A stretch of DNA of 64,000 nt, taken from assembly GCA_907165135.1 (NCBI GenBank), contig OU015567.1:12090001-12154000 (forward strand), read 5' to 3'. Below, one piece after another: positions 36,825 through 49,972 of this stretch (position 1 is the stretch's first letter; each line of letters starts with the position of its first letter). The stretch is from Oikopleura dioica (taxonomy: Eukaryota > Animalia > Chordata). A program made the position numbers and the translations under genes. The notes under the pieces are model-generated. The model ran no database searches. It was given only the letters and a program-made list of their open reading frames with translations, and was not told the origin of the DNA.

Positions 36825-38335
36825 TCATGTTCCCTCAGCAATGCCGATAACAGCCATAATTACGAAGCCACCGAGCATACCCAAATTTTGAATGAGCAGC
36901 CGCAGCCATTTTTTCTCGGATGCATTCTGTATCTTCAATTCTGGCATAATGTCGACAAAGGGGATGTACAAAAACAATCCAATTACACAGGCCATCAGCC
37001 AGTCGGACGCACCTGTATTTTCTGAAAAATAAAGATTACAACTCCTCTTGGCCCAAATCGTCATGTTTTTTGGAAATGACAAAATAGCTGACCCATTGAA
37101 TTTAATCTAATTTTTCACCTGAAAGAGCTAGGCCTAAGTAGAGACCCCCGTAGCTCCAGAAAGCCGAGAATGTATTTGCTCCTAAAGCAGCGGCATTCGA
37201 CAAGCCAAAATTGATGTAAATCGTGAAATCTGCCAGCTCATGTGGCAACTCATGAAGAAAAATAGCCAGTGAAGTTGCCAGACCAGTTTCCCAGCTTTGC
37301 GCCCAAGACACTCCAATAGCAACTCCATCGACAAAATTGTGCACAGAATCTCCGACTAGAATTCCGAGAATAGCACTTCTGTTTCTCTTCCTTCTTTCTT
37401 TGTTAGAAATATCTTCCTGTAATTCAGGACGCTCGTTGAGCTCATTCTGAACGTCAGGTTTTGTCGGCGCGATAGCATTTTCGGATGACTGTAGATCAGG
37501 TTCTACAGGATTTCGACGCGATTTATCAAAAACGTTGAAAAAATCGAGAAATATTTGATTCTCTGCCGGAATTTTTAATAAACCCTATTTGTGGGAAGAT
37601 ATTATTTTTGCCGCATGGCTGAGAACCTAAGAGAACCGCGAGCCTGATCCTGATTCTCAACTTGATGCGTCTCTGAGCCGCCATGAGAGTGTCCGTGACC
37701 AAACATGAACGTCACTTGCTCAAATACCCAAAAAACGTAAATGATGCCAATGACGACCGACAATTTCTCAACCGCATGAACGTATCCTTCTGGAGTCGTG
37801 ATCCCTAGAACTTCGGGTAGAAAGTGCAGAAGCGCAGATGCTAGCATAGTCGAAACTCCGAGGGCGATGAAGAAATCGAAAATGAGCTGCATCGTCGATT
37901 TGGAAAGGCGCTTTGTGCAAATGATTATTCCGATACCAGCCACGGCGACCAAAGTGATGAGGGTATTGGCCAAAGTTGCGTAGCCCCAAGCTTGAGCTTT
38001 CGTCTTTGATAAAAGTAACCGTTACTGTGTTTTTTCAAGAGATAAGAAATTAAAAATAAGACGGGATTATCTTGTTCAAAGCAAGATAAAAGTATAAACT
38101 AAATTTTTCTAAGATAAAAAAAGAGGGGCCAGTTTGTAAACTCTGGGGCAAAAGTCTTTATTATCGGGTTAGCGATATCTATCAGAGCTTCTTGCATGAT
38201 GCATTGCGTCTTAAAATAATTCTTATATTTAGGGTTACGAAAGGGTTAATTGAGAGGAATACGTATTAGTAATAATAAGACTCATTTTATTTTAGGATGC
38301 ATAATTACCCATTCTTCAGTTTCTCTCTCAATCAT
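36825..38335 (-). CDS. SLC39A: ZIP/SLC39 zinc transporter, LIV-1 subfamily-like; 5' end uncertain
   Basis: Exons 37637-38003, 37119-37502 and 36825-37021 are in phase. They contain AWGYATL, FFIALGVSTM...LLHFLPE, a His-rich loop GHGHSHG, GDSVHNFVDG, HELPHELADF and GLFLYI..VDIMPE. Candidate first exon 38309-38335 (MIERETEEW, phase-0 GT donor). Confidence 0.9.
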
Positions 38336-38750
38336 AACAAAAAATATCGAAAACCGAAACAATTTTTTGCTTGATTTTCAATTTTGAAACTTCAATTTAT
38401 AGCAAACAAATGTCCTTGGACTTTTGAATGCACATAAATATGGCTGCTAAAATGACCGAATTTCACAATTCCATTTGCAAATTCCGGAGCTAATGATGCT
38501 ACTCATCCATAAAAAATCTAAACGAAGCTTTGACGCTTTGAAGCTTGTTATGAAAATTCCAAGTGAGGGAAGATGATAAAGGATAATCATAAATATTGTC
38601 TGATTATTTTGGCATAATAAGAGGGCAAATGAGATTCCCGGGAGCAAAAAGAGAAGCGGCGAAATAAAACTCATAACTTCAATTTACTTGGTTTCAAAGT
38701 CAGTCTAAAAAAAGAAAGGATTCCAGGTCGATAATGAAATTGCTGGGTTT

Positions 38751-39732
38751 CTAGTTCTGTGGGTCGGTAAGTTCGGCGTTGACAGTAGCTTCGAGGATGA
38801 TGCCGACGACGATGAGGATGGCGCAGATGAAGGCAAGGTAGGTGGTCTTAAAGAAACTGCGTAAGATGTCTAAAAATGCAGACAAATTACTATTTTTGCA
38901 AAAAATTAGAAAAACATTTTGACTGAATTTAAGCCAGCTATCTGGGTCGAACCATAATTGTGTTTTTCTGAAAATAAAAAATGATGAGGTGGTAAAATAG
39001 AACGCGACATCAGAAAGAACCCATAAAGTCACATGACTGATAAATTAATGATAACTATGGGATCAGGGCGGATAAGCTGAAAATTCTTTGATGATAAGGA
39101 AAAGCTGATATTCGGGGGTATCTATCGTTTTTTTTAAAATATGAAAAGATGATAAATTAATGCTACAGGGGAAACACCCCAAATATTTCATTGACAGGTC
39201 ATTCTTGATTATTGCGAACTTCCAGGTAGATTTAATAGCCATATTCCGAATCCAAACAGAGTGCCAGCACACGCGACTCATGAAGCGCAACATGTACATT
39301 TTTGGAAAAGAGGGCGTCACTGTCGGATGTATTGGCAATAGTGCACGTTGCTAGATTCGAAAATTTAGAACGAACGTTACGTTTGCGCCAAATTTTTACG
39401 ATTTGCGCAACACGGTTTAATCCGGCCCAGAAATAAGTGCCTTTTGACCTCGCGCTGTTTGGGATTGACTCAAATAGAGTGAGCGTTTTAAAATATGTAA
39501 TATTATTATTTTACATGCAAATTTGACTCATCATTTTATGGGGAAAATTAGCAGACTGTTCTTTGTCCTCTTTACTTACAGATTTCTCAGCGTTTTCTTC
39601 AGCTTCGGATTGGCTTATGCACTCTTTTTCGTCGTCAGGGATTTCGCGGTCAGGGAGGGTCGATTCCTTCATTGTGACATATCTGGCAAGAGGCAAAAGT
39701 CGAATAGGCGAGTCCTTCTTCGCCGCCAACAT
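38751..39732 (-). CDS. putative 3-exon membrane protein (about 150 aa): acidic N-terminal region, C-terminal TM helix
   Basis: Exons 39580-39732 (ATG, GTAAGT donor), 39167-39350 and 38751-38869 join in phase: MLAAKKDSP...EAEENAEKSQRALLPIHP...KYLGCFPYILRSFFKTTYLAFICAILIVVGIILEATVNAELTDPQN*. Caveat: the last exon is antisense to an acidic + strand frame. Confidence 0.42.
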
Positions 39733-40726
39733 GAAACACTTTCTTGGGTTCGTAATTATTATCTAACTCAGCGATAGCCGTAATAAGCGCCCGTCCGTTT
39801 TCTACAATTGTCAATTAACTTTTTAAGAACCGTTTGAAAAAGGCAAATAAGCAGACCAAAAGGCAATCCAATGTCGCGGCGAACACATACTCGAAGCAGG
39901 ACTAAAACGAAATAATTTAAAACACTTTTTAAAAACGTCTAGCGACAGAGTTTTTTAATTAGCAACTTAAAAAAAGGAAGGCGTATTACAAAAAGTTCAG
40001 TCTATTTCACTCTTGGAACTTTTGTTCCCTTTTTTTTCTTTCAAAAAGGCAGTACAGAATATTGACGGATTTACTAGCAAAGGCGCTGTTGGCAAAACAT
40101 GAAAAATCGGGTCCTCTCGGGACGGCTGAGCTGGGCGGCCTTATTTTATTTTTTCAAAATTTCTGAAAAATTCTTCACATTGCCGGCTCGGAGCACAACT
40201 ATCACGTGCCACGGAAAACACACATTCCCAAACACATGTTGCCACCTGTGGGAAGCATCGAAAAGCCGGACGATAAGAAATCGGATCCATTTCAATACGT
40301 AACCAGAGAATGCAAAATACATGTGTCGAGTTTGAGCCCGGTTCTTTTCGGGGGAAACGTGTGTTTTAGCGCACTAGTATTCTTGTGTATCGAATTTTGT
40401 TAGAGAGGACATCTTCTCATGACATCATCGGGTCAGAATAAATCCTCGGGTGACCGCTCAACTCGACTGTAAAAATGAAGAAACCCCGTCTTTTTTCGAG
40501 ATTTTTATTGATTTTTACAAACGATGAAAGCTTCATACAGAAAAATTTCATATGTCACGTGGCACTTCCCCAGTTTTATCTCTATTTTAGAATGTCGCTT
40601 AACTGTATGTCTGTGACTGATTCAGTTTGTTTTGAAAATGCAGGGCCTTTATCACCCTGAGTTGCGCTTATCATTTTCTTCGTTACTTGTGTTGAGGTTA
40701 TAATTTTCTACTTTCGTCATTGCTTC

Positions 40727-41409
40727 TCAAAAATCGCTATAACTATAACACTCGCGCCAACGTGAGTGTTGATATTTCGCCGCTGCGAGAGTTGAAAACA
40801 AGTTCCTTGCGTAAACATCCTTTTTTTCGCGCCAAAAAGGGGATAGGTCTTCAGAAAGCTTGTGCTCAAAAGTGGCCTTGGAAAATGCCTTGTCTACAAT
40901 TCTAGTGACATTTATATATCCTTCCCTCTTCTTATCATAATTGGCCTTGAGTGGGGCTCCCTTAAGACTCAGACTTGGGCATCTAGTTTGAGTCGAATTT
41001 GCTTCCGTACGAGTTTTTTTTTTCGTACTATTGATCATGTGAGCTATCAGGTCAAATGCTCCAGCGGAGAAGTCAGAGCGGTCACATCCGCTTTCGAACT
41101 GGACAATGTCTCAAACGAGCGCGATTGATTGTCACAGTCAAAATACTCGATACGTAGTCCTTGAGCTTGTTTATCCGGGCCACCGGTTTGATGAGAAGCG
41201 ATTTTAGGAGGCTTCTGTTTTTTAAAAATTACCTTGAGAGTGCCAGAGCGGGTCGTATTCGCGAAGATACCGATGATAAGCATTCCAAGGACGAAGATGA
41301 AGGCGAGAAGAATCTGGGCAAATCTCCTGAAAAAAGGGTCTTATTGAAAATTTTCGTCAAAAGAGAACTTCCACGTAACTCCAGTATTTATCCCTCTACA
41401 AACCTCCAT
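40727..41409 (-). CDS. putative type II membrane protein; first two exons clear, downstream joins unresolved
   Basis: ATG at 41409; exon 41375-41409, a 48-nt GT-AG intron, then exon 41233-41326 give MEVCRGINTGVTRFAQILLAFIFVLGMLIIGIFANTTRSGTLK. Protein-like downstream frame 40727-about 40955 (KANYDKKREGYINVTRIVDKAFSKATFEHKLSEDLSPFWREKKDVYARNLF...). Confidence 0.45.
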
Positions 41410-44400
41410 CAACCCTTTTCACCTGTTAGTGGCCGGGTCATGCTCCAACCGTGTCTAATAATAGCTAAATGTATCTGCAGCTACATTTAGTATTTTGGTC
41501 GCTAGAGCTATTAAAAAAACGATCCTCTAATTTGATCATTCTTGGAATGCGAAAATCAACACTTCCGGCGGATGAAGCTACCCTTCCGGCCGAACTCACA
41601 TTTTGGACAAGCCCTGAGTTTATGTATTTTTAGCGTCGATTTTTAGATAGCGACTCGTGAATATTTAGAAACGCTCGATCTTCCAGGACTTTCCAAAATT
41701 CAAAATAAGTATTACACTGACCAATATGCATGTTCAACCATGGAAAAATTCAGAAGAAAAAGGGAAGCCAAGGTCAAAAACTCAAAAAAGCGTGTACTCT
41801 TGGATAAAATGAAGCTCGAAAATCGTGATTATCAGTGTCTGCCCCTTAAGATTTCAACCTTTTATTCGGTTGACAAATTGATTAAAAATCCTTACGGCAA
41901 AGTTGATGTTCCTCTCACCCAGGTCCTGGACCCCACGTGTCAAGAAAATGTGTGAAACCGTCACTATAATCACTTTTTAAACGCATCCCTAGGATTTCTT
42001 TTAATGAGGGAAAAGCCAAATTGAAATCGAAATTTGCGGTTTCTTGGCCCCTTCTTAATTAACACAAATGAACCTCCTGCCTTTTCTTTGGAAATCCAGC
42101 TTTGTGAAACACCTTTTAAACCAAAGAAGGGTCACCTTAAGGGTCGCTAACGAGATTTGGTGTTTTATTTGAACGAAGGTTTATTGGATTCTGACGCAAG
42201 AAAGAGAACATGAAATTTGGTTAATTAAAATCTTTAAAAAAAAGAAAAAGGCAGATGGTCGGGAAAAAGGGAGTTTAGAAAAAATGACTCAGAAAATAGA
42301 AAATAAAATGGCTCTCTTTGGGAAATTTTAGAGACAGAGCAAGTTTTTTTATGCAAATAGAGTGGCTCTGGGAAATAGAACGTGTGAGCTTGTTTAGTTT
42401 TAATGAATGTTTGAATAATTTGCTCAAGAGAGAAGAGACTTTTTAGATTCTAGCGATCGGCAGGTGTTTGGTCGAAGCATAGTCCGATCGGCGGTCGGCA
42501 GCTGCATTCCAAAATATGCACCTGTCGGGAAAAAATAGGAAAGGCCAATTCTCTTTTCAAACAAACTCGCCGGCAATCCGGGATTTCAGGCTTCAACCCT
42601 GTTTCCGTTCCCACCGTTCCACCAAAACATCGAATATTTACTCGACACAATAACTCTCAATTATTGACGAGCAGAAAAACTCGAAGAGAACCAAACAAAA
42701 ATGAAAATATAAATAAGCGTTCATCTTTTCTGAAATAATCCATAAGCGATGTCTGTTTCGTTCCATAAGAAAAGTACTGTAAGTGAAGATTGGTTAATTA
42801 GGAGTAGCAAGCCCAAAGAGAGAGTGGCAGTTGAACCGGAACACGCCAAAGTACCAAGTGCTCCTCGCTGCTTTATCTAATGAGGGTGACGCCGGTCGTG
42901 GTCTGTCTTGTGGTCCAAAACCAACTCCTCAACACGCACATCCAGGCCAAAATTAAAAAACGAAATTTCCACAATCTGCGATCCAAGAATTTTAAATTAA
43001 AAATTTAAGCCCCTCTTACGAGCATTAAAATCACAAATCGACGATTATTTCTCCTTTTGGCACGAAAAATGGCCGGATTTGAAATTTCTTCTGAACCTTG
43101 CTTCGTTGAAGGTGGCGGAAATTGGCTGATGTTCAGGAAGAAAATCCAGATTGGGTCGATTTCCGCGGCAAATTAGAAGGAGACCGTGGTCCATTGAAAG
43201 CCTTTAGAGAAAGAATGCATCGGAATTAAGGGGTCATTGCATTTAAATAATCTTGGGCCTCACCTCCAAGGGTTCAAATTTAATTCCACCGACGGTAGTG
43301 CCTGCGACCTAGACTAATGCCGACTAGGGATTATGTCATAATTGGATGTGGCAGTGGCAAGTTTACGGGCAAAACTGGCCGCTTGTTTAGAGCTGCGCCC
43401 CGGCAAGATTCAATTTATAGCCTTAGAAAGACACCCTTGCTTTTTCACGACTCAGCTCTAAAAAAGTACGGGACACGTACTTACGGGGCGTACACCAAAT
43501 ATCCAAAAAACCGTAAATAGCCACCAATATCAAAAGTCAGCTTATCAAATAAATTCAGCGGCTGAAGTTTTCTTCTGTTGATACGTCAATTTTCAAGTCG
43601 ACTTACTATCTTTAAGACGATCGAAAATCATCTTCTAATAGAATAATGCAAAAATAGCTTTTCCCTCGTTTTTGGATGGTCAAAAGCTGGAGTAACCTTT
43701 ATTTTTACGATGTTCTCTTTTAATAAAATCAGATAAGAAACCATTTAGAGGGTTGTATCGTACACGATGTACGCTGAGATTTATTCTGCATGTCCCTAAA
43801 GCTAGCAAACATGTGTACCGCTCACAGGGCAAGACTTCCTGATCACGATTTAGAATCTTCCCCGCTAAGTTTAGAAAGAAAAATGCTTCTTCTACTGTTG
43901 TTCGTAAAAAAAAAGAAGTTATATTTGTTCATTTGAAGGCTATTTTTAGCGTAGACAGAAGATAAAAATGAGTTCAGATGAAATTCTTGGAGATAAGGAC
44001 CGAAGGGGAATAAATTATTCCCTTGCGGAAATAGATATAAGGGGCTCTCAATTGAAGTCTCTTCGAAAAAGGATAAGGATGTCTTTCTTTTGGGCAGGCG
44101 CTTTGCTGCTCTTCAGAAATGACGCTAATTGAGCACGCTAAGGACATAACTTCCACTGACAATTTTCAGGGTTTATTGTTGAATTTCTCCATTGTCTTTA
44201 TATGAAAACAAATAATTCAAAAAACAACTCATCGTCAAAACTCATTCTAAAAATATAGAATTCTGTGGGTTCAAATTCGCGCTTTATTTCACTGAATTTT
44301 TACTGAAACCGCGCAAAACTAGCCATTCGCGTGAGTTCTTCTAAATTCCCCTATCTTCAAACCCTTATCAATTTTTTTTATTATAACATCATCAAAGGAG

Positions 44401-47400
44401 AACATTGATTTCAAACATCAACAGTTTTCAATCTTTTTTCAAAGTCGCGCAACTCCTGAGTTCATCCGAAATTGAGCCGCGATTTTCGGCGATAGGGTGA
44501 CGGAACGAAAACGCTCCCCAACCGCGCCAATAAAAACGCACTCAGAAATTTGCACAAGGGTTATCGCATTTGCGTTGATAATTTAAATATTTGATTAAAC
44601 CTGAGGTGAGCTGGAGCGAGAAATAACCGAATTTCGAGTCTTTAGAATTTTTTCTAATAAGCGTTTTTTTTCGATCACGTGACAGATCATTCTAATCCGA
44701 TCGATCGTTGTATTCGTTAAAATTTTGAGAATCATATTCTAATGCTTCCGTGTCTCAGGTGGATTTTCCCAGCTGTGGTTAACATTTGGGCTTATTCCCA
44801 AATTAGAGCGTTCCCGGGGCGCTAGAATCTCTATCTTCTTTGAGCAAATAATTTTGATTTTTAGAAAGGAAGCCGGCCGCAGGTGCCGCGTTGTAGATCA
44901 GCTTGTCCTACCTCGCTGAGTCAAAGGCGAGATTAACCTGCCATCGTTCAATTATTGAACCTGGCGCATGTGAGATGGCGGCATGGCCTTCTACACTAAT
45001 ATATAATTATCATGCTAGTTTTACAAGGAGAATTTTTGTAACACCATCGTTTCTTCGAAAATGTCGTGACTTTATCTTATCATTTTCTCCACAGAAAATG
45101 GTAGCACACAAAAATGCACGCCTGACAAAAATTTTTAGAATGTGAATTTTTCTGAAAAAAATATTTCAATATCATGCAAAGGCTTGCATAAATCTTATTG
45201 GACAAACGCGTTCCATATAAAATTGACAATCTGAAGTACTGTATCTTCCTTAGTCTAGACGAGGGTCACGTGTCCGCATAGTTCTGTAAGGTGTCACCGC
45301 GCTTGTCACTGTTCTAGTGGGATCCCGTCACTTGGTCCTCGAAAAATGCGAAATCATACTCGGACAATTGCGTAAAGCAAAACATGTCACTCAAATTCCA
45401 CGCATACAAAAAAGAAACACGCAAGGCTTTAGCTGTTAAAACAGCCCGTTGAATTTTACGAAACCCGTTTTACAAAGTACTCAAGCAGTTTCATCAGGTT
45501 TTAACTTTTTAGAAAATTTTTCAAAAGCTTTTCATTAATAAAAACTCACCCTATTGGCAAGGTAGAAATGTTTACTTAGCGCTTTTGAATGAAAATAACT
45601 TTGATCAAATTCGACATCATCGAAATCATGCTCTTCAACGAAAACGCTTGATCAGTGCGAGTGGAACTGGCCTCTTATGTGATCACTCAATGCCAAGTTG
45701 CTGCGAAAATATTTAAAAAGAAATCACATTTTGAAAAAGCGGTGTCTGTTTAACTTGATTCATGAGGGATTATCTTTCATGTGGTCGTGTCTGGGGGGTA
45801 CTTTTTCACTTCGAAAAAAAAACTCAGCTCAACTTTTCGGGAAAGAAAATTGAAAAGAGTTAGTTTTTCAAAGTTTTTTGACTTATTATCTTAGAAGACT
45901 TAGGTTCAATTTCCGGTCGAGAATTGCGCGATCGTATTCATTTGATTTTACGGCTCCGGTCTTGGAAATGTCTCCCCTCAATTGAATTTCGCTCCATTAT
46001 ACAACATGTGTTATGTTATTTTATCGAAAATTCTAACTCGATTCTAATTCGGAGAGAGCGTCTTCCAGAAATGCCGGAATCCGATCAGCACCTGCGCAGG
46101 GAAAGGGGCCCGGTACAGCGAACAGATTAAACCGGAAGCATTCGACCCCATCTAAGAGTTTTAAGGCTCTCTCTTCAAAAAACAAAGTCAACGCATAAGC
46201 GCATTTGCTCAAGAGCACTTCAAAAATATCAAGTTTTATTCGCAGAATAACATCTCAAATAAGCGCATCTAAATATTGCAGACGTACAATCTATTTGAAT
46301 CCTGGGCCAGTTCAGTCATAATTTCTTTCAAAATGTGCCCAAAAAGTTAGTGATGTCTTCAAGTTTTTAATAATTTGTTTCAACTATTTTTCTGTTCAAA
46401 ATATACCGTCGTTACCAGATCGTATAGGGTACGTTATGTCGTAAAATGTTTAGTGTTGTTTGGCTTTGGGAGCCTCAGCTGCTGGAGGATTATCCTGGCG
46501 ATGAGCCCTTTGTTGAAGGAAGACTTTGGGAAAGAATTGCGCGACTTTAAAGGCGATAGACGGCCCCTTTGGTCAAACAAAGTTGAGGGACACGTATTTT
46601 TATATTTTCTAATTTTCAAGTTCTCGATTAAAGAAATGCTCATAGAAGTATTAGAAATGATATGAAAATGACGCTCATTTTAAAGAGCGATTGCGCACTC
46701 ACCCATCTTCAATTTCGCAAAATCTTCAAAAAAGCGAGCTCTCATCGCTGAAATCTTCGTGGGTAGAATTCCGCGTGTATAAGTAAAGTCTAAGTCGAGA
46801 AAAACATGTTCTAAGAAGCTGGAATAAGCGGGAAATCGAAACAAGCGAAATTGAGAACTTTGAAGAAGCGCATTCCTCAAATAAACCTTTGAACGCGCCC
46901 CTCAATTTTGTGCTCGAGTCCATTGTCCGTCGAATCACGTGGTTTGGGTCCCTTCCTGGCAATCAGGCGCATTCCAGCCCCCGCCCGGTTGTGCCAATTT
47001 CGGCAAAAAATCAGTTAAGTACCAGCCGGTCAAAGTGCCGACAGAAGTGGGAGCACTCAAGTGCCCAATCGCGCCAGTTCTAAACGAACACTCAGCGGCA
47101 AAACACTAGAATCTTGTAAAAATCAGAATAATACCGCTCAAGTTCATTCAAATCAGACCAAATTTCATGAGTCATTGTTTTTTTTTTTATTAAAATCGCA
47201 AGGTGGCGCAAAACGTATTTTTCGAGCTTTCTGATTGGATAATTTAGAAAACCAGAATAGAGCTGTTTGTAAAGGTTCAAAGTGGTGTTCCTTCACGTGG
47301 ATAATCAGATCTTTAGAAGCGTAACTCTGGAATGTATCCGTTGTTGGGTCACATTGCCGGTCGGTGTGAGCGATATGCATTAGTAGGACTTTTGTTATGC

Positions 47401-49689
47401 ATTGTTTTCCATTTGAAATAACCGCCCTCCATGGCTGAGCCGGGCCCCTAATCTCGCGAAATGTCAAACACCAGATTACGTCAAGTGATAAGGTGATAAC
47501 AATGAAGCATCCAGTCCTGCCCACGCTCCCTACCCTACGTGGAGAAAATAACCTAATTATGCTCCCTCACTTTCTACTTCGTGATCTCAGATCTGACTGT
47601 AACAAGAACCGCGACTATCTATTCGATCATTTCAAAACCAAAAGCGCGCTGTTTCAAAAACCACAGCTGACCAAACTGCGCTTCAGAAAAGCTTCACAAA
47701 AAATGAGCTTGGGAAGGAAAGCACAAAATGCGTAATTCAACATTTTCGCAGTCACGCGAACCGCGAAATGTACGAAAAAACAGCTAGTAAAGAAGTTCTT
47801 TCTAAAGCTCCTCTTCTCCCGTAAGCGTCTTCAAGATAAGACGATACTCATTAGCATTTTTTCTCAAAGTGCTAATCTAGATTGTAATTGGCTCGGTACG
47901 TGGTTTAGTGTCTAAGAGGCCCATTGAAAAATCGTTGATCGGCGAGGTTATCCGATAATTTTGTTGAGCCTCTTGTTTGAGTTGAACCCGCTTAGGCGAG
48001 TTAACCCGCCCGTCGCGTTGCAAAGCCCGATGAGGGATCAACTGATTCTGATATCGCATTTAGACACTTTGCTTTCTCAGCGGCAGATGGGGAAATGGCC
48101 ACTTGAAATGAAACAAGGGGACTTGCTGTGATCCTTTCGGATGAACTAGGGGATAAGTAGAGCAGCTCTACTAGAGCTGACAACGAACAGAGTGCTGCCA
48201 GGCCCATTTCTGGCTACTTTATGTTTAGTAGTTAAACCAAAGTTTCTATCCGCTTATAAGTTAATGCAAACTTTCGCCAAAATTTCGCTTCCCTAGCAAA
48301 TTTATCTCCTTTCACTTTCTTTGTCACGTGAGGCGGAACTCTTGAAAACATGATTCCAAATCATAGAGGACGATCTCGGTCTTGCTCTCTATAAAATCGC
48401 GATTTGCGGCGTTGGGGTCAGAGGGAATGTTCTAAGGCGGCGCGAATTGTTGAACATTTTTTTCTTGTTTTTAGAACGTTTTTTGGAGCGCCGCTTACTC
48501 AAAACTCAACCACGTGGATCCAAACTGTTTACGATTCTACAGACGCGTGAAAATTTCACGCTCTTTCTCTCTTTCGCTCTCTTTCGAATAAACGCAGACA
48601 AAGAAGCATTGCGTTAGACATACGTTCGCGAAATTCTAGCGTGAGCTAATTCGCGCGCAGTTAGCCACACAGCAGAATTCTTTCTCATGGGATAAGCTGG
48701 GATCTGTTACTGAATATGTATGTGTGCTCACATAGTTTTGACAGTGAGCAAGATTCTGTCGTGTGTGCAGAAATTGAAATCGCTTGATAAAGAAAAAAAT
48801 TCTTGTTTTGCCTCTTTTGGGGTCATGTTTTTCGTTGAAATCTTAAGAGCCATAAGTGAAGGATTACATATTTTTCAAAAAATGAATTATGTCAGATACA
48901 GTCAGATGAAAAAGCACTGGAATCTTGTACAGACAAAAAGGTCTAAGTATTTCCTTTTTTTCTATTTTTCAAAACTTTAATCGAAATTGCCGATAAGGGG
49001 TTCATCTCACATGACCAATGAAGAGATCCTTTACTACCAATTTGAAAAGTTCAAGCAAGTCCTTTGTTTATCCAAGGCCTAAATCTGTAAGTCCCTCAGT
49101 TCAGCTAAAAAGAAGGCCCCTTTTGACTACGTACCGGGCACTTTTAAATACGTGTTAAATATAAACACTTTCTGCTGGAGCAAATAAACACACTCAACAT
49201 TTTCCACTAGGAAAAATGCAAATTCTCGAAGCCTTGTGTGCAAATAATTTGCTCTTGCTTTTTGGGAGAAAAGGGATCGAAAGAAGCATATATTTTTTGT
49301 CACGTGGAATTTCGACGGATGAGAGGGGACAGCCTGGAAGAAAGATTTGTATAATGAATGATATACAGGAGGGTGAAGGATATACACTTGATATTTATAC
49401 GTCTCATGATGCAACGGGCAAAAAGGGTACAAAGTGGCTAAAGTCGCGCCACCCAGAGCTTTTTCGCTTCTAAATTCAACAAGCGCTTATCTTGCACCTT
49501 TCTTCCTTTTTAGCCGATTTTTAAGGGCTGGCATTCCCAACATCAACAAAGTCCAGCTTGACAGTCTCTTGAGATCACTATGGTGAAAGTTTTGTATAAG
49601 AAAAAAATCATTTCGCGGCTAAATTATTCGAAAACTTTAATTTTAATTGTAAAATGTATATAAGGAGAACATAAAAGGGATTTCCGATG

Positions 49690-49972
49690 TCAGCAGTTCT
49701 TGTTTTTCACGTTCTCATCCCCCTTAATCTGTGAGCTCTCATCCCTTTGCCCCCGCCTAATCGTAAATTCTGCTATCTCGTCTCTTTTTTTTTCTTGAAA
49801 ATTGTCAACCCATCCGTTCCATTCAGATTTTAGAAGTGCCGCGGCGGGGTTTATCACAAAACGAGTCTGCTCATACGTTTTGATGTCAACTTTGGTATTT
49901 ATAAATAAGCGGGAGATATTATTATCCGGAACCTCAGCGGCTGATAGCAGCTCATCCTTTTTCGCTGATAAG
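49690..49972 (-). CDS. possible isolated coding exon, product unknown
   Basis: The open frame has protein-like composition (DELLSAAEVPDNNISRLFINTKVDIKTYEQTRFVINPAAALLKSEWNGWVDNFQEKKRDE) and follows a pyrimidine-AG site. Partner exons not found. Confidence 0.25.

Noticed and set aside
38755-38838. + strand acidic exon (FEDDADDDEDGADEGK followed by a GTAGGT donor)
   Set aside because: No in-phase partner exons were found and it is antisense to the TM exon of the 38751-39732 model. One of the two readings is a shadow frame; this is unresolved, but I prefer the - strand.
45895-45925. tRNA T-loop-like GGTTCAATTTCC
   Set aside because: No acceptor stem, D-arm or A box could be built around it.
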